DNA of 64,000 nt. Origin: Pedobacter sp. (GTDB taxonomy: Bacteria > Desulfobacterota > Desulfuromonadia > Desulfuromonadales > Syntrophotaleaceae). The notes beneath the pieces were generated by a model. It was not told where the DNA came from, searched no databases, and worked only from the letters and a program-made list of their open reading frames with translations. The DNA lies in NCBI GenBank assembly GCA_050253415.1, contig JBFWJC010000002.1, positions 416,001 through 480,000 on the forward strand. Reading direction: 5' to 3'. Every line of letters starts with the position of its first letter. The stretch's first letter is position 1. The position numbers were made by a program, and so were the translations under genes. This document shows, piece by piece, positions 32,778 through 42,025 of the stretch.

Positions 32778-33008
32778 TCAAGTCGAAAGCGCCGGGTGGT
32801 CTTCAATGTATACAAATCGTGGCATGCGCTTTCCGTCCCGCTCGATGATTTCGCAGAAGTTCTCCAGCGGCCGGATCCACACGCCTCTCTCGCCATAGAG
32901 TGCCCGGTAGACCACAAACCACTCTTCGGTTTCGCTATCACGTGCGGTTTCCAGCACTTCGTAGAGATTGCCCTTGAAATGACGGTATATACCTTTTTTG
33001 AGAGTCAT
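32778..33008 (-). CDS. DUF1653 family protein
   Basis: GIYRHFKGNLYEV...ARDSETEE..VVYRALYG...WIRP. Confidence 0.9.
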   Translation of the reverse strand: MTLKKGIYRHFKGNLYEVLETARDSETEEWFVVYRALYGERGVWIRPLENFCEIIERDGKRMPRFVYIEDHPALST

Positions 33009-33400
33009 GGCCTGTCCCGGCTGTCTTGGTGGCTGAATCGAGAGTTGAGAAGAGTATTCTACCAAAATCCGTGTAAGCTTCCGACTAGTTTCTCGTTCGG
33101 AAAGCAGAAAGATTTCCGGGCACAATTTCGGTTCCCGTTTGGAAGGAGGGTTTCTTCGTTGGCCATGCAGGGATAGAACAACTATTGAAGTTTGGTTTAA
33201 CGGTCAGCATATTGACGGTCAACATGCCCGTATACGAGTAAGATGAGTTAATCGTAACAATAATTTCTGGCATCTAAGGTGTTGTTTGGTTATAGTAATC
33301 CGCTTAAAGTCGACAGGGTTTGCAGTGTGATATAACCTGCCTGGTGAACGAAAAGAGACAGGGCCTGCCTGTCCTTTTCCAGCCTTTTGATGAGGATGGC

Positions 33401-34144
33401 ATGACAAAAACTTCGGACGCAGCACGCCCGGTAGCCTTGGTGACCGGTGCGGGCAAAGGGATTGGCGCCGCTATTGCCGTGGCCCTTGCAAAGGCTGGTT
33501 ACGATTTGTGGCTCAATTATCGCAAAGATCATGCGGCCGCCGAACACACGGCGCAAGCCGTCAGGGCCGCAGGTGCTGAGTGTCTGCTGCTGCCTTTCGA
33601 CGTGTCCTGCGCGGAGTCGGTCAAAGGCGCTTTGGACCCTTTGTTGGAGACAAGGGTTCCCCTGGCGCTGGTCAACAATGCCGGGTTTGCTCGCGACGGA
33701 CTTATGATGTGGATGTCCGAGGCCGACTGGTCTGACGTTTTGTCGGTGCATCTCGGTGGTTTTTTTCATGTCACCAAGTGCGTCATGCCGCTTATGCTGC
33801 ACCAACGACGCGGGTATATTGTGAATGTCGTTTCAACCTCCGGTCAGACCGGCGTTCCGGGGCAGACCAACTATTCCGCCGCCAAGGCCGGGTTGATCGG
33901 GGCCACCCGCTCCCTGGCCAAGGAAGTTGCGCGGCGCAATATTCTGGTTAACGCAGTCGCGCCCGGCTTTATCGATACGGAAATGACCCAGGATCTCCCC
34001 ATCAAAGACCTTAAAAGTCTTATCCCTCTGGGGCGCATGGGGACGGCAGAGGAAGTGGCTTCCATGGTCAAGTTCCTGTGTTCGAGGGAAGCCAGTTATA
34101 TCACCGGGCAGGTTTTTTCCGTCAACGGTGGCGTTTACATGTAA
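33401..34144 (+). CDS. fabG: 3-oxoacyl-ACP reductase
   Basis: TGAGKGIG, NNAG, NYSAAKAG, VAPGFIDT. Confidence 0.93.
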   Translation: MTKTSDAARPVALVTGAGKGIGAAIAVALAKAGYDLWLNYRKDHAAAEHTAQAVRAAGAECLLLPFDVSCAESVKGALDPLLETRVPLALVNNAGFARDGLMMWMSEADWSDVLSVHLGGFFHVTKCVMPLMLHQRRGYIVNVVSTSGQTGVPGQTNYSAAKAGLIGATRSLAKEVARRNILVNAVAPGFIDTEMTQDLPIKDLKSLIPLGRMGTAEEVASMVKFLCSREASYITGQVFSVNGGVYM

Positions 34145-34244
34145 TTTGCATGTAACAAAAAGTTTATCGGAATGGTTGGACGCATTTTTTTGTTTTTGAT
34201 GTGGAGGATTGGCCCCAGGCAGGTTTATCCGCCAGGGGTGATTA

Positions 34245-35468
34245 ATGGGGGCTATGCAAAGAGTTGTCATAACCGGTATCGGGATTATTTCATGTCTGGG
34301 AAATGCTCCCGATACGGTAGCCAGGGCTCTGTATGAGGGACGCTCCGGCGTCGTCCGGGATGAGCAGCGATTGGCGCTTGGTTTTGCCAGTGGTTTGACC
34401 GGCAAGGTGGTTTTCGATGCCACGACCAGGTTCAGTCGTAAACAGCGCAAGACCATGCCGGATTTTGCCATGCAGGCGTGCGCGGCGGCCATGGATGCCC
34501 TGCAGCATGCCGGCCTGGATCCTTCCGAGGTGAAAAACGATCGAAACGGCCTGGTGTTCGGTTGCGATTCCAGCGCATTGTCGGCCGTCGAACAGGTCGA
34601 TTTGCTGCGCGACAGGGGCGAGACCTGCCTGATAGGCAGCGGGCATATCTTTCGTGGCTTGACTTCAACCATCACCATGAATCTCAACACCCTTCTGCAG
34701 ACCAGAGGCATCAGTCTGACCATAAGCTCCGCCTGTTCCAGTGGTGGTCATGCGGTCGGCCTGGCCAGCGACCTGATCGCCCTGGGGCGTCAGGAGCGTA
34801 TCATCTGCGGTGGCGCGCAGGAAATCAACTGGCAGTCGATCTGCAGCTTCGATGCGCTGGGAGCTTTTTCGTCAGCCAGTGATCCGCATAAAGCCAGTCG
34901 CCCTTTCGACGCGGCTCGCGATGGACTGGTGCCCAGCGGAGGCGCGGCAGCGCTTGTGCTGGAGTCTTACGACGTTGCCAGGCAAAGAGGCGCAACCATT
35001 CTGGGCGAGATCCTGGGCTACGGATTTTCATCCGATGGAGAGAATATCTCGGTGCCCAGCGCAGAGGGATTGTCCCGCGCCATGACCATGGCGCTCGGCA
35101 ATGCCGGATTGCAACCGCGCGACATCGATTATCTCAATGCCCATGCCACCTCCACCCCGTTGGGGGATGCGGCCGAAGCGGCCAATATCCTGCGGGTGTT
35201 CGGCGACCAGACGCCCCCCATCGGCGCTCTTAAGTCGATGACCGGCCACGAATTCTGGATGTCCGGTGCCTCTCAGGTGGTCTACGCAACGCTGATGGCC
35301 GCCCATGGTTTCATGGCGCCGACCATAAATTTTGACCGTCCCGACAGTCAGACCGAAAAGTTGAATATCCTCGATGTGGTACGCGAACAACCACCGAAGC
35401 GCGTGTTGTGCAATTCGGCAGGTTTTGGCGGTAGCAATGCGTCATTGGTGCTGGGATTCGGGGCATGA
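34245..35468 (+). CDS. Beta-ketoacyl-ACP synthase (FabB-like)
   Basis: Cys-His-His triad: SSACSS, NAHATST, KSMTGHE. Confidence 0.93.
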   Translation: MGAMQRVVITGIGIISCLGNAPDTVARALYEGRSGVVRDEQRLALGFASGLTGKVVFDATTRFSRKQRKTMPDFAMQACAAAMDALQHAGLDPSEVKNDRNGLVFGCDSSALSAVEQVDLLRDRGETCLIGSGHIFRGLTSTITMNLNTLLQTRGISLTISSACSSGGHAVGLASDLIALGRQERIICGGAQEINWQSICSFDALGAFSSASDPHKASRPFDAARDGLVPSGGAAALVLESYDVARQRGATILGEILGYGFSSDGENISVPSAEGLSRAMTMALGNAGLQPRDIDYLNAHATSTPLGDAAEAANILRVFGDQTPPIGALKSMTGHEFWMSGASQVVYATLMAAHGFMAPTINFDRPDSQTEKLNILDVVREQPPKRVLCNSAGFGGSNASLVLGFGA

Positions 35469-36937
35469 AATACGAGGTTGTGGTAGCCGGCGGGGGATGT
35501 GCCGGCATGAGTGCCGCCCTGACCCTGGCGCGCTTCGGCCGCAAAGTTCTGCTGGTTGAGGCGGACCGGCGGTTGGGCCCGGTGTTGCGTGGTTTTCAGC
35601 GCCAGGGCGTGCATTTTGACACCGGATTTCACTATGTCGGTGGGCTCGGAGCCGGGCAGATCCTGGACACCTTTTTCCGCTTTATGGGGCTGTCACGTCA
35701 CCTGAGCCCCGTTGCATTCAGGGCCGAAGGGTTTGATGTCTGCCGCTTCGAAACCATGGGGCGGGATGTGGCCATGCCCTACGGACCCGCACTGTTCGAG
35801 GGCAGGCTTGGACAGGAGTTTCCGGGGCAGGAAGCCAACGTGGGGCGCTATCTGGAAGAGGTTCAGAAGATTTTCTCCAGCTCGGCGTTTCTTAATTTAC
35901 AGCAGTCCGTGACGCCTGAAGATATGCTGTCCTTTACCGATGGTCCGACGTTGGCCGGTCGTCTGTCGGAGCTTACCTGTGACAGGCTTCTGCAAACGCT
36001 TCTGGCGCTGCCCTGCCTGCTGTACGGCGTTGCTCCGGCTGAGTCGTCATTTGCCAATCACGCGCTGGTTGCCGGGTCTTACTTTTCATCTGTCCACGGC
36101 CTTAAAGGCGGTGGCGGTTCGCTGGTGGCGGCATTTGAAAGAGAGCTTGCCGATGCCGGTGTGGATGTCCTGTGCGGCAGTCCGGTGATTTCGATCATCA
36201 CCCATGATCGCTCCGTCTCGGGGGTGGTCCTGGAGGATGGCCGGCAATATGCTGCGGATCACTGCTTGTTCACGGGACATCCTTCGCACTTGCAGAATTT
36301 GCTGGCACCGGGATCGCTGCGGCCCAGTTTTTACAAACGCCTGAGTCAGTATCCTGAAACGCCTTCCGCCTTTATGCTGTTCGGGGTTATGCCGGAGGCT
36401 GTCCCGTTGCTGGATCGGCGCAATGTGTTTCTCACCCAGGCAACGAGTCCGGCGGAATTGCTCCAGGAACACAACGAGACCATCTATCTGGCGGGTGGCG
36501 AGCGTTTGCCGGACGGTCGGCAGGCGATCACCGCGCTTGGCATGGCACCGTTTTCCGATTATAAGCCGTGGAGTCAATCGCGGACCGGTCATCGACCGAA
36601 GGCCTATGGCGAATACAAACAGCAGAGGGTCGAGGCCATGCTGGAGCGCATTTGCGCCGCCTGTCCGGAACTGGCGGGTCGTTTGCAGATCGTCGAAGCC
36701 GCCACCCCTCTGACCATGCGCGATTGGGCCGCCAGTCCGCAGGGCAGTTTATACGGGCTGCGCCATACGCTGGAACATTTCCCGGTGCTGCCGATGACCA
36801 AGGTCGACGGGCTGCTGTTGGCCGGACAGTCGGTATTGTTGCCGGGGGTTCTGGGGGCGGTGGTGTCGGCGATGGTGGCATGCAGCCTGATGGTAGGGCT
36901 GGAACCTCTGCGGAAGGAGTTGCGTCAGTGCAGTTGA
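35465..36937 (+). CDS. FAD-dependent oxidoreductase, phytoene desaturase/retinol saturase-like
   Basis: GGGCAG dinucleotide fold, FDTGFHY, ATPLT.RD....P.GS.YG, LAGQS...PGV.G. Confidence 0.88.
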   Translation: MKYEVVVAGGGCAGMSAALTLARFGRKVLLVEADRRLGPVLRGFQRQGVHFDTGFHYVGGLGAGQILDTFFRFMGLSRHLSPVAFRAEGFDVCRFETMGRDVAMPYGPALFEGRLGQEFPGQEANVGRYLEEVQKIFSSSAFLNLQQSVTPEDMLSFTDGPTLAGRLSELTCDRLLQTLLALPCLLYGVAPAESSFANHALVAGSYFSSVHGLKGGGGSLVAAFERELADAGVDVLCGSPVISIITHDRSVSGVVLEDGRQYAADHCLFTGHPSHLQNLLAPGSLRPSFYKRLSQYPETPSAFMLFGVMPEAVPLLDRRNVFLTQATSPAELLQEHNETIYLAGGERLPDGRQAITALGMAPFSDYKPWSQSRTGHRPKAYGEYKQQRVEAMLERICAACPELAGRLQIVEAATPLTMRDWAASPQGSLYGLRHTLEHFPVLPMTKVDGLLLAGQSVLLPGVLGAVVSAMVACSLMVGLEPLRKELRQCS

Positions 36938-38157
36938 AACGCGTTGTGATTACCGGCATGGGCGCCGTCTCTCCCTATGGTGCCGGTACCGAACTCCTCT
37001 GGCAGGGATTGAGCTCGGGGCGCTCTGCGGTCGGACCGCTGGAGGGCGCCGAGAATATCGTGGGTTTGACCACCAGGGTGGCCGGCGTCGTTCCGCCGCT
37101 GGATATGCGCCAGATCCCGCGTAAGGATCGGCGTTCCATGTCGCGCATGTCCCAGTTCGCCTGGCTGGCCGCGCATGAAGCCTTTGCCCAGGCCAATATC
37201 GACAGTGCGTTGCTAACCGGAGGACGACTCGGTATCTCGGTTGGCTCTACCGTCGGCAGTGTGGATGCGATCGAAGAGTTTTTTGAGGAATATCTGCGGG
37301 AGCGAAGCCTGGAGCAGGTGCGTTCCACGACTTTTTTCAAAGTCATGGGGCATACGGTCGCTTCCAACCTGGCGCAGGCGCTCGGCATCACCGGCCGGGT
37401 ACTGGCGCCTGCCGCGGCTTGTTCCACCGGCACCCAGGCTGTGGGCCTGGGCTGGGAAAACGTGGCCTGGGGGCGGCAGGATGTCATGCTTTGCGGCGGC
37501 GCGGACGAATTCAGCGCCCTGACCGCAGCCACCTTCGACATCATGAATGCGGCCTCCAACGGTGCCAACCATCGACCCGAGGCGGCCAGTCGCCCCTTCG
37601 ATACGGAGCGGGACGGAATCGTCTGTGCCGAGGGCGCGGGATTGATCGTGCTGGAGTCGCTGGATCATGCCCTGCGGCGCGGTGCGCCGATCCTTGCGGA
37701 AGTTATCGGCTTCGCCAGCAACGTGTCGCCCGCCAACATCGTCAATCCGGATGCCGACAGCATTCAGGCCTGCATGCGTCTGGCCCTGGACGATGCCGGA
37801 TTTGATGCCGGGGATATCGATTACGTCAATGCCCACGCAACCGGCACGGTGCTGGGCGATATTGCTGAAGCCCGGGCTATTGAAGCGCTGTTTGGAAGCC
37901 GGCCGCCGGTCAGCAGCTTAAAGGGACACATGGGGCATACCATGGCGGCCAGTGGCGCCCTGGAGCTTATCGCCTCCATGTGTATGATGCGTGAAGGAAC
38001 GGTGCTGCCGACGTTGAATCTGCACACGCCCGACCCGGCGTGCGGAGACCTTAACCTGCCCGGCATTGCGCAATCGCAAAAGATTACAACTGTTATCAAA
38101 AACAGCTTCGCCCTGGGCGGAGTGAATTCCGTACTTGTCATAAGGAGCTACGTATGA
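36928..38157 (+). CDS. Beta-ketoacyl-ACP synthase (FabF-like)
   Basis: AAACST, NAHATGT, KGHMGHT; GTG start with AAGGAG RBS, overlapping the previous stop. Confidence 0.93.
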   Translation: MQLKRVVITGMGAVSPYGAGTELLWQGLSSGRSAVGPLEGAENIVGLTTRVAGVVPPLDMRQIPRKDRRSMSRMSQFAWLAAHEAFAQANIDSALLTGGRLGISVGSTVGSVDAIEEFFEEYLRERSLEQVRSTTFFKVMGHTVASNLAQALGITGRVLAPAAACSTGTQAVGLGWENVAWGRQDVMLCGGADEFSALTAATFDIMNAASNGANHRPEAASRPFDTERDGIVCAEGAGLIVLESLDHALRRGAPILAEVIGFASNVSPANIVNPDADSIQACMRLALDDAGFDAGDIDYVNAHATGTVLGDIAEARAIEALFGSRPPVSSLKGHMGHTMAASGALELIASMCMMREGTVLPTLNLHTPDPACGDLNLPGIAQSQKITTVIKNSFALGGVNSVLVIRSYV

Positions 38158-38414
38158 CCGATCAGGAAATTATTGCAGCAGCCAATGCTGCCTTGGCCGA
38201 AGAGTTTGAGCTGGAACTGTCCGAGATGGTACCAGAGGCCCGTTTTGACGATGATCTCAATCTCGATAGCCTGGATGCGGTCGATATGGTCATTGTGCTG
38301 GAGCAGACCTTCGGTATCAAATTGCGCGACAGCGAGGCCATCAGGGAGATTCGCACGCTTGATGATCTGTACCGGTTTCTGATTGCCAAAAAAGCCGAAC
38401 TGGCCGGAGCCTGA
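38154..38414 (+). CDS. Acyl carrier protein
   Basis: Acidic 86 aa, LDSLDAVD phosphopantetheine site. Confidence 0.95.
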   Translation: MTDQEIIAAANAALAEEFELELSEMVPEARFDDDLNLDSLDAVDMVIVLEQTFGIKLRDSEAIREIRTLDDLYRFLIAKKAELAGA

Positions 38415-38454
38415 TAGCGCTTGCAGGTTTCCGCTTCTTGCCCGGACCGATAAT

Positions 38455-39186
38455 ATGAAGCTTTTACTGGTAAATCTGTACGGCTACTTCGTGATGCTGG
38501 TATGGACGCTTGTGTTCACCCTGCTTGCCTGGCCCTTTGTGCTGCTCTGGAAGCTTTGCAGCGGCTGGTCCATGAGCCGCGTTACGCGCCTGTTTATATG
38601 GCTCTACGGACGGGGCTGGATCGTTCTGGTGCGACCGTTTGCCCGGTTGCGGGTAGCCGGCCTGCATCGCCAGGATGTGCCGGTACCCTGTATCTTCGTG
38701 GCGAATCACCTGTCCTTTTTTGATGTCTATTGCATGGGGGCGCTACCGGTTTCCAATTTTTCCATTGTCGTGCGCAGCTGGCCGTTCAAGATTTTCTTTT
38801 ATGCGCCTTTCATGCACCTGGCGGAATATATCAACAGCGAGCAGGCGGATCCTGAAAATCTGGCCCGGCAGTGCAGCCTTATCCTTGAACAGGGCGGCAG
38901 TATTTTGTGCTTCCCGGAGGGGCATCGCAGTCGCAACGGGCAGCTGGGGCGGTTTTATTCCGGCGCCTTCAAGATAGCGGTGGATAATAACGTCCCCGTG
39001 GTGCCGTTGGCCATACGCGGTACGGATAAGCTGCTGCCGGCCGGATCCTGGTTGCTGAAACCGGCCGCGATGGAGATGCATGGCCTCGGCGCTATTCATC
39101 CCGCTGAATTTTCATCGCATCCCCTGCCGCACGTGGCTATGCGCAAACATGTCAAAGCGCTTATGGTTGCGGCATTGGAGTCGTAA
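38455..39186 (+). CDS. PlsC-like lysophospholipid acyltransferase
   Basis: ANHLSFFD, FPEGHRS, VPVVP. Confidence 0.92.
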   Translation: MKLLLVNLYGYFVMLVWTLVFTLLAWPFVLLWKLCSGWSMSRVTRLFIWLYGRGWIVLVRPFARLRVAGLHRQDVPVPCIFVANHLSFFDVYCMGALPVSNFSIVVRSWPFKIFFYAPFMHLAEYINSEQADPENLARQCSLILEQGGSILCFPEGHRSRNGQLGRFYSGAFKIAVDNNVPVVPLAIRGTDKLLPAGSWLLKPAAMEMHGLGAIHPAEFSSHPLPHVAMRKHVKALMVAALES

Positions 39187-39290
39187 GGGAAAATCGCATG
39201 TTGGGTTTGTGTGAAGAGATTCCGTACGTTTATGACGGTAGGTTTTGACAGGCAAAATGCCGTTTATTTAATCCAAGGGAGGAATTTGAA

Positions 39291-39731
39291 ATGAAAAAAG
39301 GGATTTTGTTGCTGGTTGTTATGTGTTTTTTGAGTGCTGGCATGATCGGCTGTACCAGCAAGTATCTGGTCAACTTCACCGATCAGTATTATTCCATGTC
39401 CGGCAAGACCGGCCCTTCGCTGGCCACCATTGACAAAGCCATCAAGGAGGCCGGTGCCCGTCGGCATTGGATGATGGAAACAGCTGAACCCGGCCATATT
39501 ATCGGGCTTTTGCGGGTCCGGCAGCACGTGGCGTCGGTCGATATTCGTTTCGATCGTCAGAAGTTTTCCATTACTTATCGCAGTAGTGAAAACCTCAACT
39601 ACAATGCCTCCAGGAACACCATCCATGGGCGTTACAATACCTGGGTGACGTACTTGCGCAACGATATCCAGAGCAATGTTCCGCTCTATTTCAACGCCTC
39701 CGCTAACCAGCCGGGATCCGTTGGTCGATAG
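39291..39731 (+). CDS. Hypothetical lipoprotein
   Basis: GGAGG RBS; MKKGILLLVVMCFLSAGMIGC lipobox. Confidence 0.82.
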   Translation: MKKGILLLVVMCFLSAGMIGCTSKYLVNFTDQYYSMSGKTGPSLATIDKAIKEAGARRHWMMETAEPGHIIGLLRVRQHVASVDIRFDRQKFSITYRSSENLNYNASRNTIHGRYNTWVTYLRNDIQSNVPLYFNASANQPGSVGR

Positions 39732-39733
39732 GG

Positions 39734-40768
39734 ATGACAGAGCGTTATTGGGGGGCGAATTTCGCCCCCGCCGACATTGCCAGGGCCCGCAGTCAGGGGC
39801 AGCTGCTATCGCTTGAGCTGGAGTTGAGCCGTGAGTGCGATTTGCGCTGTCTTTACTGCTACGCCGATTCCGGTACAGCGCTGGCAGACGAACTCGCCCT
39901 GTCCGAAATCTACGCCGTGCTGGAACAGGCCATGGCGCTCGGTATCCGGCGGGTGGTTGTGCTGGGCGGCGGTGAACCGCTGATGTACCCCCATGTCGTC
40001 GAGATCATGCAGTATCTGGCACAGCATGGTATCGGCATCGACCTGTTTACCAACGGTACCCAGATCACTGCCGGACTGGCGCAGGAGTTTGTCCGGCTCG
40101 GTGTGGCTCCGGTGGTCAAGATGAACAGCATGCGGCCGCAGGTACAGGATTTCCTGGCCGGGCGTCCGGGTGCCTATACCGATATCCGCCGTGGCCTTGA
40201 GGTGTTGATGCAGGCCGGTTATCCGGCAGCCGGGTTGCCGCTGGGGGCACAGACCGTCGTCTGTCGGCAGAATATCGACGAACTGCCGAGCATGTGGCGC
40301 TGGCTGCGTGATCGCCATATCATTCCGTATGTCGAGTTGATGACCTGGCAGGGGCGCGCGCGCCGCTATCCGGAGCTGGAAGTATCGGTTGAAGAGATGC
40401 AGGCGTTGTTCGAGACTCTGTCCTCCATCGACAGTCAGCAGTACGGTATCCATTGGGAGCCGCATCCGCCGGTTGCGGGCCTCAGCTGTAATCGTCATGC
40501 TTATTCCTGTACCGTAACGGTGACGGGAGATATTCTGCCCTGTCCCGGCATCAATCTGCCGGTCGGCAATATCCGCCGGCAGTCGCTGGCCGAGATCCTG
40601 GCCACCAGCCGGGATATGCAGCTGCTGCGCCACGCCGGTGAGCATATCAAAGGCGCCTGCCGCGACTGTGAGCTGGCTTCCGATTGCTACGGTTGCCGCG
40701 GCATGGCCTTTCAGGCGACCGGCGACTATCTGGCGCAAGATCCGTTGTGCTGGCGCTGTTCGAACTAG
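39734..40768 (+). CDS. Radical SAM/SPASM domain protein
   Basis: CDLRCLYC, GGGEP, TNGT; C-terminal C...PC...CRDC....DCYGCR...DPLC. Confidence 0.93.
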   Translation: MTERYWGANFAPADIARARSQGQLLSLELELSRECDLRCLYCYADSGTALADELALSEIYAVLEQAMALGIRRVVVLGGGEPLMYPHVVEIMQYLAQHGIGIDLFTNGTQITAGLAQEFVRLGVAPVVKMNSMRPQVQDFLAGRPGAYTDIRRGLEVLMQAGYPAAGLPLGAQTVVCRQNIDELPSMWRWLRDRHIIPYVELMTWQGRARRYPELEVSVEEMQALFETLSSIDSQQYGIHWEPHPPVAGLSCNRHAYSCTVTVTGDILPCPGINLPVGNIRRQSLAEILATSRDMQLLRHAGEHIKGACRDCELASDCYGCRGMAFQATGDYLAQDPLCWRCSN

Positions 40769-40945
40769 TTTTCATCCGGAAACGGCCCTTTTCCGCTGTG
40801 GCGGCGTTAATCCGCGGCCTTGCTTGTGCGGCGTACCGATGTACGCCTCCGCGCAAGACCTTGATTTCCTTGTCACAACGAAAAATTACTCGTTTCCCAT
40901 ATGAAAACCATGCTGTGTCCATCCAGAGTTTCCGGATGGACACTA
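40766..40945. mobile_element. 180-bp MITE-like palindromic element
   Basis: TAGTTTTCATCCGGAAAC ... GTTTCCGGATGGACACTA (16/18 inverted match); internal hairpin TTGTGCGGCGTAC-CGAT-GTACGCCTCCGCGCAA. Confidence 0.75.
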
Positions 40946-40961
40946 ACCTGGAGCAGATTTG

Positions 40962-41408
40962 ATGATTGAATCGCTTGCTTTGCCTGCCGATACGGCTGGA
41001 TTGGTCCCCCATGAGGGGCGTATGCGCATGGTCGACCAATTGCTGTCCCTGGGGGAAGAAAGCGCGGTTGTCAGCGCCTGTCTGCCTGCCGACGGCCTGC
41101 TGGTGGCATCCTCGGATGGCGGACTTGAAAGCGTGATTTACGCCGAACTGGTGGCGCAGGCCTACGCCGCTTATCGGGGCTATGAATTGAAAGCCCTCGG
41201 TTTGGCGCCGCGCGCCGGCTACCTGGTCGCGATCCGGCAGCTCGACGTACTCGGGCGGGCCAGGGCCGGGGATCTTCTCACCATTTCGGTACGCACCGTC
41301 GGGGTTCTGGAAGGGTTCGCGGTCATTGCCGGTGACGTCCGCCACGGCGAAGAGATCCTCGCCACGGCCAAGCTAAAGGTTTATATCCCCGAAGGAGACC
41401 TGGCATGA
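40962..41408 (+). CDS. Hot-dog fold dehydratase-like (ApeP-like)
   Basis: LVPH..RM.MVD, ELVAQ..AA..G, GYLVAIR. Confidence 0.85.
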   Translation: MIESLALPADTAGLVPHEGRMRMVDQLLSLGEESAVVSACLPADGLLVASSDGGLESVIYAELVAQAYAAYRGYELKALGLAPRAGYLVAIRQLDVLGRARAGDLLTISVRTVGVLEGFAVIAGDVRHGEEILATAKLKVYIPEGDLA

Positions 41409-42025
41409 AGATGCGGGCGAGTTTCTTGGCTTTGTTGCTCATTCTGTCGGCAACCCTCGCCGGAGCTACCGAGCTGGATACGGTGCTGCAGCGCTTGAAG
41501 ACCACCGCCGGTGCCGTGCAGACCATCCAGAGTTCTTTCGTGCAGGAAAAACACCTGACCATGTTTTCCGAGGTGCTTGAATCACGCGGCACTTTTTCCT
41601 TTCAGCGCCCCGGAAAGTTGCGCTGGGAATATGAAGCCCCGGTAAAGATGGGGTTTGTCATCGATGGCGACAAGGGGCGTCGTTGGAACAGTCTGGTCAA
41701 GCAGGATCAGCACTTTCAACTGGAAGACAACATTGAATTGCGTATCGCCGCCGAACAGTTGCTGGTCTGGACGGAGCTGGATCTGGATAAATTGCAGCGT
41801 GCCTACGCTATCGAGATTGCCGCCGAGCAGCCGGTGGCGTTGTTGCTGACCCCCCGGGGGATGGCCGCCCGGCAGTTTGTCGACCACCTGCGCGTGACCT
41901 TTTCCCCCACGGCGCAGACCGTCACCGAAGTTGCGATCTTCGAGGCCGGGGGCGATAAAACCCTTTTGCGGTTTTCCGACAGCAAGGTTGATCGTGCGTT
42001 GGACGGCGCACTGTTTCGGCCATGA
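41405..42025 (+). CDS. LolA-like periplasmic lipid carrier
   Basis: Signal peptide; FVQEK, SRG.F.FQRPGKLRWEY..P, GDKT.LRF. Confidence 0.88.
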   Translation: MKMRASFLALLLILSATLAGATELDTVLQRLKTTAGAVQTIQSSFVQEKHLTMFSEVLESRGTFSFQRPGKLRWEYEAPVKMGFVIDGDKGRRWNSLVKQDQHFQLEDNIELRIAAEQLLVWTELDLDKLQRAYAIEIAAEQPVALLLTPRGMAARQFVDHLRVTFSPTAQTVTEVAIFEAGGDKTLLRFSDSKVDRALDGALFRP

